DNA of 57,337 nucleotides, from the NCBI GenBank assembly GCA_041666325.1, contig JBAYHC010000001.1:1-57337 (forward strand). Reading direction: 5' to 3'. How positions within the stretch are numbered: position 1 is the stretch's first letter; each line of letters begins with the position of its first letter. The stretch is from Patescibacteria group bacterium (lineage in GTDB: Bacteria; Patescibacteriota; UBA1384; XYA2-FULL-43-10; 1-14-0-10-43-13). The notes below the pieces were generated by a model. That model saw nothing but the letters and a program-made list of their open reading frames with translations, was not told the DNA's origin and made no database searches. Below are positions 51,601 through 57,337 of the stretch, piece by piece. The position numbers and the translations under genes are program-made.

Positions 51601-52529
51601 GCGAAGCCACCACCACCATTAGAGAAAGCATTGACGTTGGCCCCCTGGATTGCTGCTCCGGTATCAGCATATTTGACAGTAACTTCGATGATCTTGTTAG
51701 ATCGTTGCAGAACAAGATTAATTGTCTGTGTCGCTGGAATAGTGATATTTTGCGGTTCGATCTGCATATATACATTAGTAACATTCTTTGCGGTCTCGCT
51801 GTTTGGATCAACGCCATGGCTGGTTTCCAGAACAAAGGTACCATCTGTTATACCGTAGAAGGTAGCATCACCGAGTGCATTGCTGGTTGCTCGCCACATG
51901 CCGCAACAGCTTTGCGGGTGGACTTCTAGCGGATAGCCCGCAACCGGCTGGCTATTATAAGAGACATTAACAGTCAGCGAGGCTGTACCAACATTGATTG
52001 AAGCGTTATTGTCGGGGCCCTTCTTGCCATCAAGCGCAGAACCGTTATTTAGGGTGTATGTGTTGGTAGACCAGCTACCGCCTTGTGTCGGGTTTGTCAT
52101 GCCCGTGAACTCCAGGGTAACTGTGCCGGCGGGAACTGCTGTCGACCCGTTCTGGATCGCCAAAATCAAAGAACCATCACCCTCTGGATATATCTCCATT
52201 CTTTGGTTCTTGAGTGCAGTGGTAGTGTTGCTCCCGAGGGTTGCGTTCCAAAAATCAGGCGGTTGGCCACCCATGGTGTTGATTTGGATTTCAACACGTC
52301 CGGTAGTGGCCGGAATTGCGGTTGCTGTTGTGAACGTGTGCGTAAATGTCACACTTGTCGCACCAAGTGTCGAACTGCTTGCTGCCCACGTCGGACTGGT
52401 GATGGCGCCAGCCTTGGCATGGGGTATGCCGAACCGAGACGGTTTATCTCCATTGCTAGAGATGATTGCATAGCCAAAAATGAGTGCTAATAATAGCACC
52501 TTGGCTAAGAGCTTTCTCTTTCTAAACAT
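48639..52529 (-). CDS. Large LPLTG-motif surface protein (sortase substrate candidate)
   Basis: ATG at 52529 is preceded by GGAGGGAGAA. Signal/TM LLAKVLLLALIFGYAII. Repeated beta-sandwich-like segments, a Q-rich linker, a poly-Ser tract, one FN3 (ATISWTNSTDSDLTGVKIYR...YYYTARSYD), and LPLTG at 48702-48716. Confidence 0.9.
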   Translation of the reverse strand: MFRKRKLLAKVLLLALIFGYAIISSNGDKPSRFGIPHAKAGAITSPTWAASSSTLGATSVTFTHTFTTATAIPATTGRVEIQINTMGGQPPDFWNATLGSNTTTALKNQRMEIYPEGDGSLILAIQNGSTAVPAGTVTLEFTGMTNPTQGGSWSTNTYTLNNGSALDGKKGPDNNASINVGTASLTVNVSYNSQPVAGYPLEVHPQSCCGMWRATSNALGDATFYGITDGTFVLETSHGVDPNSETAKNVTNVYMQIEPQNITIPATQTINLVLQRSNKIIEVTVKYADTGAAIQGANVNAFSNGGGGFAFAQTNSSGVAQLRVSVQGEKSNLMVSAMPQFAPPPGQGQQQQQAPAEFVAKPPMPISFNKAAAEAETVSLEMLVDRPNATVTGKLINPDGTPASGGAGAQNFRTHSFQPLMVNPTDGSFSFSTSAGTGEWELHRFDPSGQYYVPKTRFAVKKGANSLGTIKLQAFDGSIAVQTYRVDGGSDAALASTPIMAFDTKNPGPPMMSFTGSDGTGTIKVMKGKTYRVMANPGGSGPGMREGGEEGGGKKGGERMGLMEWTISAMAEGPASKPTGAMDANQLFPTTGPQKGSSGDTLTFRFDKATKKITVSTIDGDGNLVSDGNWINARPTGTGGPQFGPGFGGPGAGGQATVYTTTGTFAFNAFYPPNSQYAGKEKSVEITGDTTIQLVVVEKTGTVSGEIQDASNDNVKITGETAKKLNLMVGAFWKGGFSEGSVDTATGTYTVKVPPATDVNVGVAPANAIMGGTSEYIPSMSPKTLTTTDGGTTTHNLTLAKVDATINVTVKDQDGNTIEGVNVFANNKLADIIDEGPGGPRPEGPEGPEFGFSGVTDVNGVVAISVAPDTYNLVTNAREQGLFATETSRVEIKSKESADVTISLVKADASAEIEINKSDGTDLKEASVQIFNDKGTIAFEISDGSEEDKDGTINGAVKFDLPSNKSGDAYSVKAGKDNPENGEVTESGFSKIVVDKGETETLTLTAETKTDSLAKAVTADVSSSSPATVELTKSGAVDASLAIPTGALSSSSSSSSEEGSSSSSSSSATLTVTPMKAEAVSTKADVPIKGISVEAIDGSGNSITTLASQVTGTIHYNDGDIPTGVKEANLVVKAFNEDSGQWESVAASSVDTTTNTVTFATTHLTDFAVVASTDTNAPSAPTNIAVSAGDKKATISWTNSTDSDLTGVKIYRSTTEGSLGSLVKTVDSKTTTSYEDTSLTNGTKYYYTARSYDTAGNISTNTNQVSATPGVLPLTGEEGTLKAIWVKMVNLASNLF

Positions 52530-52641
52530 TTTCTCCCTCCTAATTAATTTTCCTACTAGAAACAAAAAATTCGCTTATTTAGTATTTTATTCTTTAGTGC
52601 CAAATAGTCAATTACCCCCATGGCAGGTACGGGACTCATTT

Positions 52642-52794
52642 TTATCCACAGAAGAGGCTGGAATTTATTCCAAAATAAGATAATTCTTGGTCAATATTGA
52701 TGGCTGTTTCACTTGCCTGAGTCCCACCGGTAATCAAGCCGCTAACAACTTCCTCAAAGTGACCAACAGGGACAACATGGCGGTTCGGTGCCAT
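52642..52794 (-). CDS. Possible 50-aa ORF, faintly DUF2188-like N-terminus
   Basis: Own translation MAPNRHVVPVGHFEEVVSGLITGGTQASETAINIDQELSYFGINSSLFCG. GGAGG lies about 13 nt upstream. Short and weak. Confidence 0.25.
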   Translation of the reverse strand: MAPNRHVVPVGHFEEVVSGLITGGTQASETAINIDQELSYFGINSSLFCG

Positions 52795-52880
52795 TCTTGT
52801 TCCTTGTCCTCCTCAGAGATTTGTAGGCTTATTCCATCACAATGTTTGATCTCCGTCAATCTTATTTTAGTCCATATCTA

Positions 52881-52908
52881 TTGACAAATGTTATAGTTTG
52901 TGTATAAT
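52881..52908 (+). promoter_or_regulatory. Sigma70-type promoter of GC-rich cassette B
   Basis: TTGACA, 16-nt spacer, TATAAT. 55-nt leader with a small hairpin (gggc-ttg-gccc), then AGGAGG. Confidence 0.6.
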
Positions 52909-52963
52909 ACTTAGCGTGTCCGATGTTTGGGCTTGGCCCATTTCCCACGAAGGAGGAAGCACA

Positions 52964-53554
52964 GTGAGTCAGACAGGAACACAGAAAGAGAAACTGCCCG
53001 GATGGCTGATCTTGCGCAACGCCGCGTCCGAAATCACCGGCGCCGGCCAGAAGTACTTCCCGTTGCTCGACGATGAGGTGTCCGAGGGTTTGGTCGCCGA
53101 CCTCGGCATCAACTGCGTCGCCCGTACCAACGAGGTCATCCCCGAAGAGCATCTCGAAGAAGTGCTGGACGAGGTGGCCAAAGCCCTCTGCGCGATCGGC
53201 AAGCCGTGGGACGCGACCTTTGTCGCGTTCTTCGTCTCGCACGAGGGCATCGACGGTCTCGCGGCTCGCGTCGAAGCCCTGGATGACTGGGGCGTCATCA
53301 GGTGCACCTGCGGCGACTGCGCCGGCATTACCATCGCTCCGCTGGCGCTGGTCGACGCCCACAACGAGAAGAAGCGTCTGCGCGAAGAGCGACAGCGCCA
53401 GATCGAAGAGCAGATGCGTCGGCGCGGCCCCATAGAGGCGCTCTTCGGCGAGGACGGGATCCTGAGCCTGTTCACCCGCCGCGGGTCTCGGCCAGACGAC
53501 CGCATGTCGCCCGAGACCGAAACCGTGGCTACCGGCAGCGACAACGGCCACTAG
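52964..53554 (+). CDS. GC-rich hypothetical protein, paralog 1 (196 aa)
   Basis: GTG at 52964, 7 nt after AGGAGG. Shares the core NEVIPEE(H/R)LEEVL..VA.A.CAIG.PW...F..HEGIDGL..R..A...WG...C.C with the next gene. No known family recognised. Confidence 0.7.
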   Translation: MSQTGTQKEKLPGWLILRNAASEITGAGQKYFPLLDDEVSEGLVADLGINCVARTNEVIPEEHLEEVLDEVAKALCAIGKPWDATFVAFFVSHEGIDGLAARVEALDDWGVIRCTCGDCAGITIAPLALVDAHNEKKRLREERQRQIEEQMRRRGPIEALFGEDGILSLFTRRGSRPDDRMSPETETVATGSDNGH

Positions 53555-53621
53555 GTACGCCGCTTAGGAGTCGGCCTTTCAGCCGAGTCGCTTACGTCAA
53601 GAATATGAGGGGTTTGATTCC

Positions 53622-53672
53622 GGGGGTCCTGTTGCGAGCATCGCTCGCGCCGCAGGACCCCCTTCTTTTTTT
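53622..53672 (+). terminator. Intrinsic terminator of cassette B (repeat copy 1)
   Basis: gggggtcctg tt gcgagc atc gctcgc gccg caggaccccc, followed by ttcttttttt. Confidence 0.8.
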
Positions 53673-53694
53673 GCCTAAATTAGAGCGAGTGTTA

Positions 53695-53723
53695 TTGACA
53701 AATCAATCTTTTTTGGGTATAAT
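53695..53723 (+). promoter_or_regulatory. Consensus sigma70-type promoter of GC-rich cassette C
   Basis: TTGACA, 17-nt spacer, TATAAT. 55-nt leader with a tggg-ttcaa-ccca hairpin, then AGGAGG. Confidence 0.65.
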
Positions 53724-53778
53724 TCCGTCGTGTTCAGTCTGGGTTCAACCCATTGCCTACGACCAAAGGAGGAGACAG

Positions 53779-54369
53779 ATGACGATTCGTGAGATGATTG
53801 CCCAGCCGAAGAAGCCGGGCTGGCAGTTGCTGCTTGAGTCCGCTAGGGCTATGACGGCGCTGGTGGAGCGCTCAGCCGAGGAGATCGAAGCCAAGTTCGA
53901 CGAGGCGATGTCGAAGCTGACGGTCCACTGCTCGGCTCGCTTCAACGAGGTCATCCCCGAAGAGCGCCTCGAAGAAGTGCTGGCTGCCGTCGCGGAGGCC
54001 GCGTGCGCCATTGGGGAACCGTGGTCGATGCACCTGCTCATGTTCCATCTTGCCCACGAGGGGATCGATGGCCTCAAGACGCGCATCGGCGCCATCGAGG
54101 GTTGGGGCACCGTCGAATGCGGTTGCCACGAGGAGCAGTGCATGGGCATCATGGTCGCTCCCAACGAGCATATCGCGCGTGTCCGGGAGAGAGCGCGCAT
54201 GATGCAGATGATGGAGCAGGTCGGGGAGGCCAGTCCCCTGGCGGCTGCTTTGCTGAGCCCCGGTGGTCTGGTAGACGCACTTCAGGCCGATGGCCTCGAT
54301 GTCCGTGTCATCAGCCCGGGTGATATCGCCGGGTTGTTCGGCGGATCGGACCTGAAGCCCGCAGACTGA
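53779..54369 (+). CDS. GC-rich hypothetical protein, paralog 2 (196 aa)
   Basis: ATG at 53779 after AAAGGAGGAG. Same 591-nt length as paralog 1. The track's upstream extension to 53302 is a GC-rich read-through of the previous cassette and is rejected. Confidence 0.7.
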   Translation: MTIREMIAQPKKPGWQLLLESARAMTALVERSAEEIEAKFDEAMSKLTVHCSARFNEVIPEERLEEVLAAVAEAACAIGEPWSMHLLMFHLAHEGIDGLKTRIGAIEGWGTVECGCHEEQCMGIMVAPNEHIARVRERARMMQMMEQVGEASPLAAALLSPGGLVDALQADGLDVRVISPGDIAGLFGGSDLKPAD

Positions 54370-54415
54370 GCGGTGACCTTGTGGCCACTGTCGCGTACCA
54401 AGGTTTGCTTCCCAA

Positions 54416-54466
54416 GGGGGTCCTGTTGCGAGCATCGCTCGCGCCGCAGGGCCCCTTCTTTTTTTG
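54416..54466 (+). terminator. Intrinsic terminator of cassette C (repeat copy 2)
   Basis: Same sequence as 53622-53672 apart from one substitution and one 1-nt deletion, followed by a T tract. Confidence 0.8.
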
Positions 54467-54469
54467 TTC

Positions 54470-54501
54470 AAAAACAAAAACGACGTCCTTGCGGATCGTC
54501 G
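54470..54501 (-). terminator. Intrinsic terminator of the 265-aa gene
   Basis: Minus strand cgacgatccgcaaggacgtcg followed by tttttgttttt. Confidence 0.65.
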
Positions 54502-54527
54502 CGGAAAAAACACAATTCTCGATACAA

Positions 54528-55325
54528 TCAAGAGCCGAATTGCTCTTGCGCGGACTCGCTCATGATCGCATCATGTGCCATTCTTTCGCCCTTCTCGGTA
54601 ACTCTAACAAATCCCCTTTCGTCAACCGCAAAGAAGTCATCGGCAATCAGTGAGTTTATCTCTGGTACTGGACCAACTGGTATAATGATCTCCTCGCGCC
54701 TGAGCTCAATACCGGCTTTCACTGTGAGCAGGTAGAGGTTCCGAAAGTACTCCAGGCAGTCGGCATCAATCTTATTGTATGGTCCGCTACTACAGGCGCC
54801 AATATAGTAGCTCAAATCAGTTCTTGCTGGAAACGCAACAATTTCGAAAAGACGTAGAACAAGCAATTTGCTCAACGGGTATTGGCGAAGCGTAGGCCAA
54901 TTGCCCGGATGGATTCGCTCGGCCCTTTCTCTGGCAATGTCGAGATAACTGCGACAGATCGAGATGTCGTTACATGCCACGTGGAGATGATCAAAAGCCT
55001 GACCGAAAGTTATCTCGATGCCGCTCCTGAAGCGGCGGGGAAGAACAACAAACGGTGTGTGAACTACCTGGCAACAGCCGGAATTGAAGGCATACGTGGT
55101 AAGTTTGCTGGGATCGAGCATCTCGGGCTCATTTTCGAAAAACCAGGCCGCAAAGTCAGGCGATTCGTTGGCAAGAACCTGCAATGCAGCCTTGGCATCG
55201 ACGCAGAAACCGTTTCGTTCATCTCCGTCGATAACTCCCAGGACACAATTGATCCAGCCCAATTTGGTTTCAGCACTCGCGCGGCCGCCCTCCGGACGAC
55301 CATGAACAAGAATCCATCTCCCCAT
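54528..55325 (-). CDS. Hypothetical protein (265 aa)
   Basis: ATG 9 nt after GGAGG. Uninterrupted ORF with intermediate GC. No recognisable motif. Confidence 0.6.
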   Translation of the reverse strand: MGRWILVHGRPEGGRASAETKLGWINCVLGVIDGDERNGFCVDAKAALQVLANESPDFAAWFFENEPEMLDPSKLTTYAFNSGCCQVVHTPFVVLPRRFRSGIEITFGQAFDHLHVACNDISICRSYLDIARERAERIHPGNWPTLRQYPLSKLLVLRLFEIVAFPARTDLSYYIGACSSGPYNKIDADCLEYFRNLYLLTVKAGIELRREEIIIPVGPVPEINSLIADDFFAVDERGFVRVTEKGERMAHDAIMSESAQEQFGS

Positions 55326-55357
55326 TGTCCATGCCTCCTCATCTCAGTCTCAAACGC

Positions 55358-55386
55358 AGAGTACTTATTTAAGTTAGCTCTGTCAA
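55358..55386 (-). promoter_or_regulatory. Possible promoter of the 265-aa gene
   Basis: Minus strand cATTGACA, 17-nt spacer, TACTCT. Good -35, weak -10. Confidence 0.35.
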
Positions 55387-55395
55387 TGAGTTATT

Positions 55396-55423
55396 CAAAA
55401 ACCCGCCGAGAGCACAGACGGGT
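55396..55423 (-). terminator. Possible terminator of the 74-aa gene
   Basis: Minus strand acccg-13 nt-cgggt followed by ttttt. The stem is short. Confidence 0.4.
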
Positions 55424-55438
55424 TTTTGAATTTAGCTG

Positions 55439-55663
55439 TTACTCCTTTTCTTCTTCCTCGGACATCATCTCATCATCGGAAAGCTCCTCTTCCTCAATGT
55501 CCTCTCCCGTATCACCAAGCATGCTGCATTCAACTCCGCCGTCTGTTGGAACTATCTCAACGACGTTATGGCCCGGCTTACTCTCCATGTGCGATCTAGC
55601 ATCAGTCTCACTTTCGCTAGCAAAGTCACAGCCGGCGTGAAGGCAAATATATTTTGTCGACAT
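55439..55663 (-). CDS. Small C2H2-like zinc-finger protein with a very acidic tail
   Basis: 74 aa: YICLHAGCDFASESETDARSHMESKPGH (C-x4-C-x12-H-x6-H), then GDTGEDIEEEELSDDEMMSEEEEKE. AAGGAG lies before the ATG. Confidence 0.6.
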   Translation of the reverse strand: MSTKYICLHAGCDFASESETDARSHMESKPGHNVVEIVPTDGGVECSMLGDTGEDIEEEELSDDEMMSEEEEKE

Positions 55664-55703
55664 TTTGGCTCCTTGTTATGCAATTGCATCCCTCCGCGTT
55701 TCA

Positions 55704-55712
55704 ATTATATCA
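55704..55712 (-). promoter_or_regulatory. Extended -10 element upstream of the 74-aa gene
   Basis: Minus strand TGaTATAAT, about 40 nt before the ATG. Confidence 0.4.
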
Positions 55713-56007
55713 AGAGTTGAATAGATGTAGTCCTGCGTGACGCGTTTGGCTTTCAGGGATTGCTCCCGCTAAACAGACGCTAAATTGATAATTTTATCAA
55801 AATTTGTGGCAGGCAACTATATGTAACGAGAGTGTGTTTACGATTTCTTGACACTCATTTGAGCCCAATGTAGCGTAGATAGTGGTCGATTGGAGCCTGT
55901 CTAAAAACTCATCTGAAATGATCACAAATTTCGCCTCATGAAGAGTTATCAAACAGACTCTAGGGGATGCAACATTTCCCATTTTTTTTAACGGAAAACG
56001 AACTCAT

Positions 56008-56148
56008 ATGAGCAGTAGTGATTTAACGAATGGCTTGGGCTCTTCCGGCATGACTTTTCTGGCCTGGTTTGCCTATGTCGGCTTTCTCTTTTTGATTAGC
56101 TTTACTGTCGTTGCTATCAAAAACGCACTGGGCAAGAAACAAGAGTAG
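56008..56148 (+). CDS. Possible 46-aa single-TM micro-ORF
   Basis: Own translation MSSSDLTNGLGSSGMTFLAWFAYVGFLFLISFTVVAIKNALGKKQE. No clear Shine-Dalgarno sequence. It converges on the LysM terminator. Confidence 0.3.
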   Translation: MSSSDLTNGLGSSGMTFLAWFAYVGFLFLISFTVVAIKNALGKKQE

Positions 56149-56164
56149 GGTTTTCGTTCTAGAA

Positions 56165-56203
56165 CAAAAAAGAGGCGCCCCACAGCCGATGGCTGGGGGC
56201 GCC
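56165..56203 (-). terminator. Intrinsic terminator of the LysM cassette
   Basis: Minus strand aggcgcccccagcc-atc-ggctgtggggcgcct followed by cttttttg. Confidence 0.75.
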
Positions 56204-56228
56204 TTGTTGATGGCGCGACCGAAGGCGG

Positions 56229-56540
56229 TCACTGCCTGGTAACCCGCTTGTAGACGGGTACCCTGAGGTGTTGCCCGGGGAAAAGATTCGAAACCTTTTC
56301 CTCCCGAGCATCTCGAATCTCGTGGACCACCTTGCAGACATACGCCCCCTTCGGGTTGTACTCCTTAGCGATGGACCAGATTGTGTCACCCTGCTTGACC
56401 GTGTAGTCAGTGTAGCTGACCACGGTCACCGGCCAGTTCGCGACGGCGACTTTCGCCGCCAACGCAAACATGGCCAGAAGTACGAGGCAAAAGAGGCTGA
56501 AGCGAATTCGCGCCTCGCGACGCGGCATCTTGCGGGGCAT
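56229..56540 (-). CDS. GC-rich small TM + LysM-domain protein (103 aa)
   Basis: ATG at 56540 after CAGGAG. Basic N-terminus, TM FSLFCLVLLAMFALAA. LysM: YTVKQGDTIWSIAKEY...LFPGQHLRVP. The track's upstream extension is rejected. Confidence 0.75.
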   Translation of the reverse strand: MPRKMPRREARIRFSLFCLVLLAMFALAAKVAVANWPVTVVSYTDYTVKQGDTIWSIAKEYNPKGAYVCKVVHEIRDAREEKVSNLFPGQHLRVPVYKRVTRQ

Positions 56541-56689
56541 ATCTGTTACTCCTGTGCCAGTCCTAGAGGATTCAGTCCGCCATAAGCAGACTAATTGGCC
56601 GGTTTCCGGCCGCTGGCAACTGCTCTCAGCACAAACGCGTTGCGCCGAAAGCGTTGCCAAGCGAACGATCCCAATACTCCACATTTTAT
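56541..56689 (-). promoter_or_regulatory. About 150-nt GC-rich structured 5' leader of the LysM gene
   Basis: Readable stems: tggcaac/gttgcca, ggccgg-aaa-ccggcc, agtctgc-ttatg-gcggact. No known riboswitch motif recognised. Confidence 0.4.
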
Positions 56690-56718
56690 ATTATAGCACA
56701 ATTCTTTCATGAAGTCAA
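56690..56718 (-). promoter_or_regulatory. Consensus-like promoter of the LysM cassette
   Basis: Minus strand TTGACT, 17-nt spacer, TGcTATAAT (extended -10). Confidence 0.6.
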
Positions 56719-56877
56719 TGCTATCGGTATCACCATAATAGTATGTCTGACCCATCATCACATTTATACCAAATCTCCATGGATTGTCCACAAATTTTGA
56801 CAGGGCTTGCCAAGATTGGTTGTTTGGTGTATAATTTGGAAATTGTTTAAAAAAATTGACTACTTAGGAGGTAGCTC

Positions 56878-57337
56878 ATGAGAACGAAAATTGTAGCATC
56901 GGTCGGTCCAGCCACTGAGTCAGAGGAGACGATTAAAAAGTTAATCGAAGCCGGTATGGGTGTTATGAGATTAAATTTTTCTCATGATGTTCATGAGGCG
57001 CATGGTCAAAGAATTGATACTGCAAGAAAAATTGCAGCTGAATTAGGCAAGGACATAGAGGTTCTGTGCGACCTGCAAGGTCCCAAAATTCGCGTACGCG
57101 AATTCCCTCATCCCCCACTAATGCTTTATCCTGGTGACATGATTGCACTCACAACATCCTCTAACCCGGACATTAAACCAATGGACCTCGTTATCGAGGA
57201 CCCATATCTGCATGAGGACGTTAAGCCCGGAGATCCTATCCTTATGGATGATGGCCAGATTGAATTGGTGGCTGAGCGAGTCGAGAACCATAGAATTTAT
57301 TCAAAGGTTATAGTTGGCGGCGAGCTTTATCCAAGAA
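56878..57337 (+). CDS. pyk: Pyruvate kinase (N-terminal part; continues past the right edge)
   Basis: AGGAGG before the ATG. MRTKIVASVGPATES...MRLNFSH...DLQGPKIR are hallmark motifs. Absent from the track because no stop lies inside the window. Confidence 0.92.
   Translation, partial: MRTKIVASVGPATESEETIKKLIEAGMGVMRLNFSHDVHEAHGQRIDTARKIAAELGKDIEVLCDLQGPKIRVREFPHPPLMLYPGDMIALTTSSNPDIKPMDLVIEDPYLHEDVKPGDPILMDDGQIELVAERVENHRIYSKVIVGGELYPR

Noticed and set aside
53622-54466. Repeated 50-nt hairpins considered as integron attC sites or cassette recombination sites
   Set aside because: There is no integrase in the window and no RYYYAAC/GTTRRRY core pair. Each hairpin is followed by a T tract in the position of an ordinary intrinsic terminator.
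52862-54531. Multiple long overlapping ORFs on both strands (229, 191, 355, 147 and 219 aa, among others)
   Set aside because: High GC depletes stop codons in all frames. Only the two +strand frames with GGAGG plus a start codon, equal length and mutual homology are credible.
56541-56689. LysM leader considered as a cyclic-di-AMP (ydaO-type) riboswitch, and screened for a LexA box
   Set aside because: I cannot see the conserved ydaO core sequences or a GAAC-N4-GTTC box. Only CGTT-N8-AACG is present. Left as an unclassified structured leader.
1-57337. Alternative genetic code (UGA recoding), diversity-generating retroelement, prophage or IS content
   Set aside because: All long genes are intact under the standard code. 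No reverse transcriptase, template/variable repeat pair, integrase, transposase or phage structural gene was seen.

Overview
This 57.3-kb window is mostly coded on the minus strand, at roughly 40-45% GC by eye. It reads cleanly under the standard code. I found no rRNA, tRNA, CRISPR array, transposase or integrase.

Gene content suggests a small-genome, monoderm, fermentative bacterium, possibly Patescibacteria/CPR-like (inference only). Housekeeping genes are ABC-F ATPase, hisS, rel, clpC, nusA, RNA methyltransferases, ldh, pyk, dus and a family-4 UDG.

Four accessory regions stand out:
1. A type I R-M operon (hsdM-hsdS-hsdR, 4.2-13.2 kb). Three unrecognisable membrane-protein genes are interleaved with start/stop overlaps, an S51 peptidase gene leads it, and a PIF1-like helicase with a C-terminal WYL domain sits next door.
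2. A cell-surface block (32.8-52.5 kb). It holds a 3472-aa N-terminally anchored giant protein with five Gly-rich repeat modules and an FN3 array. Downstream are a MacB/FtsX-type ABC pair, an untracked 41-aa membrane peptide and a TPR protein. It also has a 1296-aa LPLTG protein with its sortase.
3. A family of strikingly GC-rich single-gene cassettes at 28.5-29.9, 52.9-54.5 and 56.2-56.7 kb. Each has an AT-rich near-consensus sigma70-type promoter, a GGAGG ribosome-binding site and a hairpin-plus-T-tract terminator. Two of them form an 815-bp tandem duplication whose regulatory ends are better conserved than the coding sequence.
4. Intergenic repeats: a 173-nt nested palindrome and phased 8-9-nt word arrays.

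All functional calls rest on motifs I read in the translations. No database search was possible.
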